NCBI GenBank assembly: GCA_044226015.1
Contig: JBGAHS010000008.1
Location: forward strand, 224,001 to 288,000
From: Candidatus Obscuribacteraceae bacterium
GTDB taxonomy: Bacteria; Cyanobacteriota; Vampirovibrionia; Obscuribacterales; Obscuribacteraceae
Direction of reading: 5' to 3'
DNA: 64,000 bases
This document shows positions 38,080 through 48,074 of the stretch, one piece after another. How positions within the stretch are numbered: position 1 is the first letter of the stretch; the number at the start of each line of letters is the position of its first letter. The notes under the pieces are model-generated. The model saw nothing but the letters and a program-made list of their open reading frames with translations. It did not search any database and was not told the DNA's origin. The translations under genes were made by a program, and so were the position numbers.

Positions 38080-38393
38080 GATTCTGCTCTAGATTGTTTA
38101 CAGCCAATCTATAAAGCATTCGCTGCCGTTGCCAAGCCTGATACAATGGCGAGCGTTTACTTAGCTTTGATGAACCTAAAACTGTGATACAGCATAACCA
38201 AACCCAGTGCCCTCGCGCCGCAAGCAGCTTTTCCCTCTCTTGCCCGAGCAGTCCAATTTGACCTCGCTTTGAGTCTAGCCTTTTGAAACCACGTTTTACG
38301 ACCATGAGTTTCGAAAAGCTATATGTCGCACATGCTGTACAGCCGCTGAAGCGGTCTTTGACGCTTTAGCTTGTTCCACAAGAGGAAAAAATA

Positions 38394-40055
38394 ATGAGTT
38401 CAGATACACCCGAAACGCCTGTGCTCGGCGCCCTATCACAGACAGACCTAAACAAACTGCGCAAAGAAGTATTGCGCCGACGAACATTTGCCATCATCTC
38501 TCACCCGGACGCTGGCAAAACCACGTTAACTGAAAAGTTGCTACTTTACGGAGGCGCTATCGAGGCCGCAGGTGCAGTTAAGTCCAGCCGTGCCCAGCAA
38601 GCAGCAACCTCCGACTGGATGGAGCTCGAAAAACAGCGCGGAATATCAATCACATCTACGGTTCTTCAATTCGAGTACAGCACAACGTGCTTGAACTTGC
38701 TAGATACGCCTGGGCACCAAGATTTTAGCGAAGACACATATAGAACACTGGCAGCAGCAGACAACGCAGTGATGCTCATTGACGCTGCGAAAGGGCTAGA
38801 GCCGCAGACAAGAAAACTTTTCGAAGTTTGCCGCCTCCGCAATTTACCGCTCTTCACTTTCATAAATAAGCTTGATCGCCCAAGCAAAGAGCCATTCGAA
38901 CTGCTTGATGAAATCGAACAAGAGTTCAAACTGCGCACCTATGCAGTCAACTGGCCGATTGGAACTGGTGACCGCTTCCAGGGTGTGGTAGATCGCAAGA
39001 CAAGAATTGCGCATTTATTCGTTCGCAATGCTGGCGGACGCGCACGAGCTGAGGTGCAGAAGCTACCGTTAGATCATCCCGACATGGTGAAACTAATTCC
39101 TCAAGAAATTTACAAACAAGTCTTGGAAGAACTAGAGATACTCGACGGTGCCGCCGGAGCAATGTCTCTGGACGAGGTTCATAGCGCAGAATTAACACCT
39201 GTATTTTTTGGCAGCGCGATGAACAACTTTGGTGTTCAGCTCTTTCTGGACTCATTCATTGAACTGTCTGTTTCTCCTCTCGAATTTGACGAAGAAAGAG
39301 GTGTGATCAATCCAATTCAGCCTGACTTCAGCGGATTTGTATTCAAACTGCAAGCGAATATGGACCCCAAGCACCGAGACAGAATCGCATTTGTTCGCAT
39401 CTGTTCAGGAGTTTTTGAAAGAGGCATGGTGGTGACAAATAGTCGCACCGGACGCCAGGTTTCGTTGACACAACCAAAGAAACTTTTTGCGCAAGACCGC
39501 GAGACGATCGAAGAGGCTTATCCAGGAGACATAATCGGTCTCAACAATCCGGGTTCATTTGGCATTGGCGATACTCTTTATTTCGGAAAAGCGGTCCAGC
39601 TTCCTGGCATACCAAGTTTCCGTCCAGAACATTTTGCGATTTTAGAAAATAGCGAGCCAAGCAAATATAAGCAGTTCCACAAAGGTATCACCGCTCTGCA
39701 AGAAGAGGGCGCCATCCAGGTTTTGTGGATGACTGAGGCAGAAACGAGATATCCCCTCTTAGCAGCAGTTGGTCCACTTCAATTCGAAGTGGTGCAATTC
39801 CGACTGCAATCTGAATACAAAGTCGCAACGACTTTACGAACGGTAGATATCAAACATGCTTTCTGGGTACCCGGCGATTGGGCTGCGCTTGCAACGATGA
39901 ACAGGGAAAGATTCAGCGTGATCATCGCAAAGGACAAATTCGAAGAGCCAGTTCTACTTTTCAAACAGAATTGGGATCTCCGTGCTTTCACCGAGAAAAA
40001 TCCGAACATCGAACTCAGCGTTGTGAGCCCAAGAACTTCGTTAGCTGGCACATAA
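38394..40055 (+). CDS. prfC: Peptide chain release factor 3
   Basis: [62 protein letters not shown] and [17 protein letters not shown]. Confidence 0.99.
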   Translation: MSSDTPETPVLGALSQTDLNKLRKEVLRRRTFAIISHPDAGKTTLTEKLLLYGGAIEAAGAVKSSRAQQAATSDWMELEKQRGISITSTVLQFEYSTTCLNLLDTPGHQDFSEDTYRTLAAADNAVMLIDAAKGLEPQTRKLFEVCRLRNLPLFTFINKLDRPSKEPFELLDEIEQEFKLRTYAVNWPIGTGDRFQGVVDRKTRIAHLFVRNAGGRARAEVQKLPLDHPDMVKLIPQEIYKQVLEELEILDGAAGAMSLDEVHSAELTPVFFGSAMNNFGVQLFLDSFIELSVSPLEFDEERGVINPIQPDFSGFVFKLQANMDPKHRDRIAFVRICSGVFERGMVVTNSRTGRQVSLTQPKKLFAQDRETIEEAYPGDIIGLNNPGSFGIGDTLYFGKAVQLPGIPSFRPEHFAILENSEPSKYKQFHKGITALQEEGAIQVLWMTEAETRYPLLAAVGPLQFEVVQFRLQSEYKVATTLRTVDIKHAFWVPGDWAALATMNRERFSVIIAKDKFEEPVLLFKQNWDLRAFTEKNPNIELSVVSPRTSLAGT

Positions 40056-40097
40056 TCCACTGCGCCTCGGGAATATAACCGATGGTTGGAGTTGTGA

Positions 40098-42764
40098 ATG
40101 CATAAAGCTAGCTACAAGAAAACGATCTTCTGGCGAGGTCTGATATTAGTACTGGTGCCACTTCTTTTGGGGCTACTGGTACTATTTGGTCTCAACACAG
40201 CCTGGCAAATTTCGGTAAAGAGTGCACAAGAAGAGAGCCGACAAAACTTCCTGTTGCGTCAAATTAACAAAACTCTTGTTGCTTTAAACTGGCGAATGAG
40301 TGGCGCGCTCTCAAAAATGACCCTACCAGTGCCTGACTTTTTGCCTGAAGATGTTTTTGCAGCCAATTTGAAAAGCCAGATGGCAGATATCAAAGAGCGT
40401 GTAAAAGACGAGCCCAAGCGCCTTGAAGACATGAATCAGCTCGAAGACATTGTCTTGTCGGAAGCTGCAAGTCTGGCAGAATTCCCTTCTCTCGAACCTG
40501 GAAACATCAACGTCGGCACAGCAAATCAACTAGCTAAGACTGCAATGAAGGTCGCAGTTGCACACACCGAAATACGAAAAATTTTCGAACGTGAATTCGA
40601 AAACCTCAAGAAAGCGCGCGCAAAGGAAGACCAAGATTACACAAACCTGGCTGCGCTCATCAGCGTCGCTCTTCTTGCCTCACTCGGCGTCTCATGCGCT
40701 GTAGTCTTCGCATTTTCACAATCCTTCTCAAGGCGAATTGAGAGTCTTGCAAATAAAGCATCCAAACTCGCTGAGCAAAAGAGCATTGAGTTAGATTTGC
40801 AGGGAAACGACGAACTCTCCTATCTGGACGGTGTTCTTTATAATACTTCTCGCTTACTGGAAGAATCAGCAGCACATCGACAGTCGATACTATCGATGGT
40901 GGCACACGACATGCGCTCACCATTGATGGCGGCGAAGTTGTCTTTGTACATGCTGGACCAATCTGACGAAGATATTAGCGATGAAATGCGAGAGAATCTC
41001 GCAGATGCATCCAACAAGCTGCTTGCAATCGTGTCACACCTCGATGAGCTACTGGAAAAGCAAAGAGCATCACTGAGCGATGCAGAACAAAGCGGAAATG
41101 CAGAAAAGGAAGAAATAGCTGATTCGGCAAATGAAGTTAAGACTGGCACAGTTTCGGCGCAGGCGAATCCAGCAGCCGATAGCAACGCAAACACAAGCCC
41201 GGCGCAGGCGAAATCCAAAGGAGTATCAACAACGCAAGCGAGCCTGCAGCCTCCCACAAGCACCTCACTCGCGAAAAGCAACTCGCTAGGTTCAATCACC
41301 AAATCCTTGCTGACGCCACGAATATTTCAAAAGAGCTTGTTATTAGTTCTGATCCCAATGCTGATTCAAGGCTATCTGATCAGCCAGATTCAATCACAAC
41401 TAGCAGACATAAATCGTATAACAAAAATGGAACGCATATACAGCGACATGAACATCTACAATGCGTTGCTAACCAATGACTTTATCAGGGGAATCAGCCT
41501 AACCCTTGCGTATTGCTTGACGGGCTCGACAAAGTGCAAGCATAGAGCTGACAAGATCTTCGCAAACACTTCAGCGCTTTATGATGTGCAGAAAAAAGTT
41601 GTAGACGGCGACAAGCAATGGCTCGAAGTAATTGAACTTTCGAAAGCAACTCGACTCCAGCAAATTGGAGAACTAGGCGCATTAGCGCCCGGCGCCTCAG
41701 TTGAGCTTATGTCATCAGTTCTATTCAGAGCTGGAAGCCTTATCGAGCGCCCGAACAACGACCAACAAGTTGCAACTTCACGATCAATAGTGATGGGCGG
41801 ATTTAATGCTGGAATAAAACAAAACCAAATCAAACTTCGATTTGCAAAAGATGAACTCGATAAGACATTCATTTTGAGCTTGGCGGTGAACGTAATCTTA
41901 GCGGCTCTGGCTCTGCTAGCTTTCTCAAAAAACATTGGTGGCAGATTGCGGCTATTGATCGACAACGCAGTGCTCATCAGTGACAAGAAAACCATTACCA
42001 ATAAAGTTGGCGGACACGATGAAATAGCTTACTTGGGAAAAGTGTTATTCGATTCACACCAGGAGCTGGAAAGAGCATCCGCCGAACGCTTGCAACTAAT
42101 GAAAGAAGTAGCGCATGAAATGCAGATGCCGCTAGATAATGCATCGAGCTGCATCACTAAATGCAAGCTAGAATATGGAAGCAAATTGTCTCCAAGAATG
42201 ATGACGCAAATCGATCGAGCGCTCTCAAACATAGAACGAGTAACAGTGTTGATCGAAGACTTATTGACGATGGAAACTCTTGAATCAGGCAAGGTGAACA
42301 TTACAGTAAGACAGTTTGATTCACGAGAAATGGCGGATGCCGCGATAAATGCTGTCGCTTCAATCGCGAAGAAAAAAGACATCCAGATAGAGAATTTAGT
42401 GAAGAGTGTGCTCGTGAGCGCAGATCGCGACAGGCTAATTCAGGTGCTGGTGAATCTAGTATCGAACGCTATAAAATTCTCCTCCGAAAACACCGCCATA
42501 CAAATCTATAGTGAAGATCAAAACGAAAAAATCAAGTTTGTGGTTTCTGACCAGGGTCCTGGCATGGATGAAGCTACAAGATCGCGTGTCTTCGAAAAGT
42601 ACTTCCAGGCGCAGACTCCAGAACAAAAGCAAGGTTTCGGATTAGGTCTGGCTATCTGCTCTCTCATCGTCCACACACATTCAGGCAAACTTGGCGTGGA
42701 GTCGGAATTGGGAAAAGGAAGCAAGTTTTGGTTTTCAATCCCCAAGCATCAGCCGAAGACCTGA
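40098..42764 (+). CDS. Membrane sensor histidine kinase with tandem duplicated sensor-HAMP-HisKA modules and one HATPase domain
   Basis: Four TM segments; two HAMP-like G(N/H)DE(L/I)(S/A)YL motifs; H-boxes AHDMRSPL and AHEMQMPL; NLVSNAIKF, DQGPG and GFGLGL only at the C-terminus. Confidence 0.92.
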   Translation: MHKASYKKTIFWRGLILVLVPLLLGLLVLFGLNTAWQISVKSAQEESRQNFLLRQINKTLVALNWRMSGALSKMTLPVPDFLPEDVFAANLKSQMADIKERVKDEPKRLEDMNQLEDIVLSEAASLAEFPSLEPGNINVGTANQLAKTAMKVAVAHTEIRKIFEREFENLKKARAKEDQDYTNLAALISVALLASLGVSCAVVFAFSQSFSRRIESLANKASKLAEQKSIELDLQGNDELSYLDGVLYNTSRLLEESAAHRQSILSMVAHDMRSPLMAAKLSLYMLDQSDEDISDEMRENLADASNKLLAIVSHLDELLEKQRASLSDAEQSGNAEKEEIADSANEVKTGTVSAQANPAADSNANTSPAQAKSKGVSTTQASLQPPTSTSLAKSNSLGSITKSLLTPRIFQKSLLLVLIPMLIQGYLISQIQSQLADINRITKMERIYSDMNIYNALLTNDFIRGISLTLAYCLTGSTKCKHRADKIFANTSALYDVQKKVVDGDKQWLEVIELSKATRLQQIGELGALAPGASVELMSSVLFRAGSLIERPNNDQQVATSRSIVMGGFNAGIKQNQIKLRFAKDELDKTFILSLAVNVILAALALLAFSKNIGGRLRLLIDNAVLISDKKTITNKVGGHDEIAYLGKVLFDSHQELERASAERLQLMKEVAHEMQMPLDNASSCITKCKLEYGSKLSPRMMTQIDRALSNIERVTVLIEDLLTMETLESGKVNITVRQFDSREMADAAINAVASIAKKKDIQIENLVKSVLVSADRDRLIQVLVNLVSNAIKFSSENTAIQIYSEDQNEKIKFVVSDQGPGMDEATRSRVFEKYFQAQTPEQKQGFGLGLAICSLIVHTHSGKLGVESELGKGSKFWFSIPKHQPKT

Positions 42765-43044
42765 GATGCTTGCTGGTATATCCAACTCGTCAGCAGAGCC
42801 AAGATCTCAGAAACTCTCTCAGCGAAATCCCACCGCAGAAGCTTCGCCAAAAGATTCCGCATCCACAGAAAGCCTAAATTGCTGGCTTCCTGCATCAAAA
42901 TCATGATGACCTAAGTCACAGTCAATCGTGACGGCGGTTAGTTGCGAAATGACCATCCGTGGGGTTATCCTGATTTTATGAACACAAAGTTCTACCGTCC
43001 GCGTTGGGCGGTTAGTCTCGTGCATTTTTGAAAGGGGTCAGGCT

Positions 43045-43851
43045 ATGGATTTTGGAAAGATACTAGTTAAAGGAACATCGGCAATTTTGCTGCTCTCTTC
43101 GTTTGTGTCACTTGCTGCATCAGCAGATGAGTTGAACCAAACTGGTATCAATTTCAAAGCTACAAAACATATCAGCAGCAGCTTGCCAGGCGTACCAGCT
43201 TACTTTGATGAAACCATTAATGCTCCATCAAAAATGATGATTGCAAAAACCACAAAATCTGGACAGCCAGACTTCGATAACATGAGCGAAGCGACACCTG
43301 TTCGCATAGGCTGCGGAATCGTTGTGATTGACGACCTCATAAGCAATGCGACCGGAGCCGGGACTGCTATTGTTGGAAGTCTCTGGGCAGCGGTTCTGGC
43401 GTTCGCGTGCTGCAGATCGTGGATTGCCGGAAAGTCAATTCCGAAAATGAAATTGGCTCTGGCGTTTGGAATAGCTGCCGCAGCATGGTATGCACCTTTG
43501 GTATTGCTGATCACCATGGTGCTTCGCTTCGTTTACCTCACTATAAAGTTTGCTGTAAAAGGAATATTTGCTTTCGCAAAATACCTGAGCCAATGGGCTG
43601 AGAAATACGATGATGACTGGATAGACAGTGTCAAATCCAGAGAATCGGATGCATCATCTAATCAAACGAAAACAGACTCAAAACAATCTGGCTCAAAAGA
43701 ATCTGGCTCAGAACAAGACAATTTCAGTGATGAGAATTTCCAAGACAACTCAACCTACTTAGCAGTTCTCGAAAGATGTCTGAATGAATCAAACGCAGCT
43801 AAAGCAAACAGCCAAACGAAGGAAGAGAAAGAGTTATGTCAGCTGAAGTAA
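43045..43851 (+). CDS. Hypothetical membrane protein with signal peptide
   Basis: GAAAGGGG RBS, N-terminal signal-like segment ending ASA/DE, 2-3 hydrophobic segments and a polar tail; overlaps the next gene by 16 nt. Confidence 0.75.
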   Translation: MDFGKILVKGTSAILLLSSFVSLAASADELNQTGINFKATKHISSSLPGVPAYFDETINAPSKMMIAKTTKSGQPDFDNMSEATPVRIGCGIVVIDDLISNATGAGTAIVGSLWAAVLAFACCRSWIAGKSIPKMKLALAFGIAAAAWYAPLVLLITMVLRFVYLTIKFAVKGIFAFAKYLSQWAEKYDDDWIDSVKSRESDASSNQTKTDSKQSGSKESGSEQDNFSDENFQDNSTYLAVLERCLNESNAAKANSQTKEEKELCQLK

Positions 43852-45005
43852 TTGCCTCACTGATGCCTCCGCCAACAGCAGGGCTTCCCAGCACAGAAGC
43901 AACGATCAGCGATAGCGGTGCTGACTCGGGCAGCAAAGACAAATCAGAGCGCAAGAACTACGAATGGATCCTGCACCCCGCAATAGACATTCTCTTTTGC
44001 TGCGGGGGCTTGCTCTGGATACTTTTCGCACTGCATTTTCTCGTTGTCATCCCACACAAAGCAGCTCAGCTTCTACAAGTCCTCGCATTCGTCTCAGTTG
44101 CAGGAACTCACCTCTTCAGCGAGACGCATACCATAGCAACTCTAGCAAGAATTTTTCGAAACGAAGAAAGCCAAAAGGAATACTCATTCTATACAAATGG
44201 AGCTGTCATCGCTGGTGCCACAGCTATTCTTGCAGGCTTGTTTGTGCCGGGCGTGACACCAATTCTAGCAAAGCTCTATCTCTTGTGGGTGATTCAACAC
44301 TTCACTGCGCAAACATTTGGATTGACCCTTTTGTATTGTTATAAAAGAGAATACTGGCTCTCAAGGTTTGAGAAGGGCACACTTTCCGCGCTACTCAATT
44401 GCACTGCTGCAATGGCGATTATTCGTCAATTCACATTCAAAGAATGGTCGGCAAATGGATTTCTTGCTCAGCAAATTCCCTTCTGGGGTCCATTGCCTGA
44501 ATGGATCTTTCAAGCAAGCACCATCGCTGTAGCTGTTACAGCAGTCTTATTTGTTGCATTAGTCATAAAGAAAGCAATAACCGAAAAGAAGGTTCTACCT
44601 CTTCCAGCAGCCATGCTCATCTTAACTGGAGTTGGGATGTTCTGTGTTCCCATCAATGTAACTTCAGTGCTGTTTCTCTATGCACCAGCGTTCTTCCATG
44701 GAGCACAATATCTCGTGCTAAGTTCCGCCGTATATTTAAAAGAGCAAGGACTTCCAGAAGGTTACAATCCATCGCAGATATTCTCTGTACTCAAGCAAGG
44801 AACAGGGCTACGTTACCTGGGCATGTTGTTTATAGGAGCCATGGCAGTTTACCTGGGAATACCTCGCCTACTGCAAGAATTCGGCTTCAACTTTGGGCTG
44901 ACATTCGCCACCATATTCAGTGTCATAAGCCTGCATCACTTTGTCACTGACCAAGCTATCTGGAAACTTCGCGACCCCAAACTGCGCAAAATGATACTAT
45001 CCTGA
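43836..45005 (+). CDS. Polytopic membrane protein with clustered His motifs, function unknown
   Basis: About 9-10 hydrophobic segments; THLFSETHT, IQHF, FFHGAQY and LHHFVTDQAIWKLRDP motifs. Confidence 0.85.
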   Translation: MSAEVIASLMPPPTAGLPSTEATISDSGADSGSKDKSERKNYEWILHPAIDILFCCGGLLWILFALHFLVVIPHKAAQLLQVLAFVSVAGTHLFSETHTIATLARIFRNEESQKEYSFYTNGAVIAGATAILAGLFVPGVTPILAKLYLLWVIQHFTAQTFGLTLLYCYKREYWLSRFEKGTLSALLNCTAAMAIIRQFTFKEWSANGFLAQQIPFWGPLPEWIFQASTIAVAVTAVLFVALVIKKAITEKKVLPLPAAMLILTGVGMFCVPINVTSVLFLYAPAFFHGAQYLVLSSAVYLKEQGLPEGYNPSQIFSVLKQGTGLRYLGMLFIGAMAVYLGIPRLLQEFGFNFGLTFATIFSVISLHHFVTDQAIWKLRDPKLRKMILS

Positions 45006-45124
45006 GAACACCAAATCGATCGCTCGCAACTGCTCTCGGTGAAGCGATTTGCTGGCCGCCGTAAGTCGGAAATACTGGCCGACCCAACACTCATTCACAG
45101 AGATTTCACGTCAGCAATCTTAGT

Positions 45125-45424
45125 ATGCAAGGCAGGAGCGAGAGCTCCGAGTCGACCCCCGCATACACAATATACATAAAGACAATGGATAGACAATCAA
45201 GCGACCTAGATAATGGACCCATGTCCGATCAAAATGTATTAGCTAGAGGATGCGCATTTTCAGCGCTAGTAGGCGCGGTGCAGAAACTTAGCCTGGCTGA
45301 CTTCTATAAAGACGCGGAGGAGTGTAGAACTCGATTAAACGTCATTGAACAAAGCAAAGCCTCCACGGAACCGACAGCTCTTGTCTTTGACGACATCAAA
45401 TCCGGCAAAAATAGAAGTACGTAA
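45125..45424 (+). CDS. Possible small hypothetical protein (start uncertain)
   Basis: 99-aa open frame with internal ATGs and no recognisable motif; ends 30 bp before the repeat array. Confidence 0.3.
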   Translation: MQGRSESSESTPAYTIYIKTMDRQSSDLDNGPMSDQNVLARGCAFSALVGAVQKLSLADFYKDAEECRTRLNVIEQSKASTEPTALVFDDIKSGKNRST

Positions 45425-45453
45425 GATTTCTGTTTTCTACGCCCTTGGCGACA

Positions 45454-45782
45454 CAGAAAAAATTAGAAACTACATCGGTACCGTTTGAGTTCTGAGAATA
45501 TCTGCGCCCCTACCGCCGCAGAAAAACCTAGGAACTACATCGGTACCGTTTTGAGTTCTGAGATTATCTGCGCTCCTCCCGCCGCAGAAAAACCTAGGAA
45601 CTACATCGGTACCGTTTGAGTTCTGAGAATATCTGCGCCCCACCGCCGCAGAAAAACTTAGGAACTACATCGGTACCGATTGAGTTCTGAGAATATCTGC
45701 GCTCCTCCCGCCGCAGAAAAACATGAAAACTACATCGGTACCGTTTGAGTTCTGAGAATATCTGCGCCCCACCGCCGCAGAA
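45454..45782. repeat. Non-coding tandem array, 5 x 64-66 bp, each unit with two inverted-repeat elements
   Basis: AACTACATCGGTACCG at 45468, 45533, 45599, 45663 and 45728 (periods 65, 66, 64, 65). Each unit has (G)AACT..CGGTACCG..AGTTC and TCTGCG..CGCAGA. Confidence 0.97.
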
Positions 45783-46156
45783 TCAGCCCGAGATTCCTTA
45801 AAAGCGACTCACAATCCACTCAATTGATGGGTTCGCCTCCTACTAGCAGACGACCATTGACAAGTCTTGGCACTGGAAGCAGCTGGTAGCAGCACAATAT
45901 GAGCATTAGAGTTCCAAGCATAGCACCTAGCATTATTCACCAAACGCATAGCCCCAATGTGAACTATGCATTGGACGGATGTCACCTCTTGACCTATTCT
46001 AGAGTGACCAACTGACGAACGAGTTCAGTTGCCTTTGTAAACCATAAACCAAGAACGAACGAACTCGCGTTGAGTTTCGTGCCGTCTAACTTATGTCGCA
46101 AACAAAGAAAGCGCAAAAGCGCTCTAAAGGAAGAATGGCGCAAGCCCGCGCAGAGG

Positions 46157-47221
46157 ATGAGCGAAAGCTCAATAAACAAAATGAACAATCCAGCAAATAC
46201 TCTAAACACGAACAACTTGGACAGCAGAAGTGTTGCGTTCAAAAGCACTTCAATCGGCGACATAGCTGTAGGAATCGCTAAGAGAATCATGGCTGAAGTG
46301 ATTGCTTATCAACGAGTGCCAGAGGGCGTGAACGCTTGCAGCAGAGGCTGTGCACATTGCGCTTCAATGCATCTGGACAAAATCATCACTGCTGTAAAAA
46401 AGAACGAGGCAGTCACTTTCATATTGCCTGCGTTTCCCGGAAAGTCACCAAATCCTGAGAAGGTTCTAGGTCATCTTCCCGACCACGCTGAGCGGCTCTC
46501 ATTAACCTTTCTCGGCAATCTCTGCGCTCGCATCAAAGAGTTTTACATTCCAGGAATCAAAATTATTCTTTGCTCTGACGGTAGAGTTTTCAGTGATGTT
46601 GTGGGAATGCAAGAAAGCAACGTAACAGCATACCAGGTAGAGCTGGACAGGCTCATCAAAGAACTAAAGCTCACAGACATTTCAACATTCAACCTCGACC
46701 ATTTCTACAAAGGACTTCACTTTGAGCAAATGCGCGAAGAGCTGATGGCACGCTTCGGACAATCATTAGATATGCTCAAGCAAAAGGTTCGCAACGGTGC
46801 AAATCAATTTGCCAGCGCTGAAGAACATGAAGCCAATCGCATGTACAGTGGTATTACTCGCTTTTTATTTGAAGATTCCATGCATGCAGGACAAACTAAG
46901 AGCAGGTCAGCTGTACAAAAGGAAGCTCGCGCCAGAGCCTACGAGGTAATCAGAAGAAGCAACGCGTGGAGCAATCTGCTTTTCGAACACTTCCCGGAAG
47001 CTGTTCGACTCTCGATTCACCCACAAACATGCGGTTCAAGAAAACTTGGAATCAGATTGATCGGAAATGAATCGTGGATGACGCCCTGGCACGGAGTTGC
47101 TGTAGAGAGCACGAACGGATTTGTTCTTCTGAAACGAGCAGAGGCAGAAGCGCTAGGTGCAAAACTGGTTTTCACAGCAAACGGTCAACCAAGCCATTTT
47201 CAATTAGGAGTAGAGGCGTAA
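46157..47221 (+). CDS. pvcA: L-tyrosine/L-tryptophan isocyanide (isonitrile) synthase, DIT1/PvcA/IsnA family
   Basis: LPAFPGKSPN, CSDGRVFSD, VRLSIHPQ and TPWHG motifs. The start is probably ATG 46157 or 46181 rather than TTG 46070. Confidence 0.93.
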   Translation: MSESSINKMNNPANTLNTNNLDSRSVAFKSTSIGDIAVGIAKRIMAEVIAYQRVPEGVNACSRGCAHCASMHLDKIITAVKKNEAVTFILPAFPGKSPNPEKVLGHLPDHAERLSLTFLGNLCARIKEFYIPGIKIILCSDGRVFSDVVGMQESNVTAYQVELDRLIKELKLTDISTFNLDHFYKGLHFEQMREELMARFGQSLDMLKQKVRNGANQFASAEEHEANRMYSGITRFLFEDSMHAGQTKSRSAVQKEARARAYEVIRRSNAWSNLLFEHFPEAVRLSIHPQTCGSRKLGIRLIGNESWMTPWHGVAVESTNGFVLLKRAEAEALGAKLVFTANGQPSHFQLGVEA

Positions 47222-47222
47222 A

Positions 47223-48074
47223 ATGCAAGCTTGTGATGTACAAATTAAAGTTACCCAAGTTAAGCCCTTCGGTGTAATTGTCGAACCTGTCGGCATAAAC
47301 GTGAGAGTTCAAGACTTGAACGTCGAAGAGTTGCGCTCGCTATTTCAACAACACCAACTTGTTGTTTTGAGAGGATTCAAAACTTTCCAAAACTCTGACT
47401 CATTCGCTGATTACTGCGAAGCATGGGGAGAAGTGAGCCTGTGGCCATTCGGAAAAGTACTTGAGTTAATCGAACAAGATAATCCAGAAGATCACATCTT
47501 TGACCATAGCTACGTCCCGCTTCATTGGGATGGTATGTACCGCCCACAAATTCCCGAATATCAGATCTTCCACTGTGCACAGGCACCACTGGCGGGGCAA
47601 GGTGGACAAACGACTTTCTCAAATACAATTCTTGCCCTCAAAAATGCAAGCGAAGAGACCAAGGCAGAATGGGCTAAAGTAACAGGCTGTTACCAGAGAA
47701 AGATGGAGTTCTACAATAGCAAGACGGTCTCGCCGATCATCACAAAACATCCCCACCGAGATGTTTCAGTAATCAGATACAACGAACCACCTTGTGAAGA
47801 ACAGGGAAACTTCGTGAATCCACCAATTTTGGAATTTACAGGTATAGAACCTGAAGAGCTGGAAGCATTCCACTCTAGCCTGCAAGAAGCACTTCATTCT
47901 ACAGACTGCTTCTATGCTCATGAATGGCAAAATGGCGATGTAGTTATCGCAGACAATTTTTCGTTATTACACGGCAGAGAAGGGTTCGTCTCCAAGTCAC
48001 CTCGTCATATTCAACGAGTACACGTTTTGAGCAATCCACCTTTTGCAAACCCTGGTCTGGAGTCGTACGTATGA
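47223..48074 (+). CDS. pvcB: TauD/TfdA-family Fe(II)/2-oxoglutarate dioxygenase, PvcB/IsnB-like
   Basis: LVVLRGF, PLHWDG (HxD), GGQTTF and HEWQNGDVVIADNFSLLHGR; starts 1 nt after the pvcA-like stop. Confidence 0.92.
   Translation: MQACDVQIKVTQVKPFGVIVEPVGINVRVQDLNVEELRSLFQQHQLVVLRGFKTFQNSDSFADYCEAWGEVSLWPFGKVLELIEQDNPEDHIFDHSYVPLHWDGMYRPQIPEYQIFHCAQAPLAGQGGQTTFSNTILALKNASEETKAEWAKVTGCYQRKMEFYNSKTVSPIITKHPHRDVSVIRYNEPPCEEQGNFVNPPILEFTGIEPEELEAFHSSLQEALHSTDCFYAHEWQNGDVVIADNFSLLHGREGFVSKSPRHIQRVHVLSNPPFANPGLESYV

Noticed and set aside
42933..43016. GGCGGTTAGT direct repeat (42933 and 43007) upstream of the membrane-protein pair
   Set aside because: Only two 10-bp copies 74 bp apart, which cannot be distinguished from chance without conservation data.
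45454..45782. CRISPR array interpretation of the 65-bp repeats
   Set aside because: The period is CRISPR-like, but the whole unit is repeated, there are no unique spacers, and no cas genes are in the window.
47924..48070. Track start of the FAD monooxygenase at 47924
   Set aside because: It overlaps the dioxygenase by 150 nt. ATG 48071 (ATGA coupling) directly precedes the Rossmann motif.
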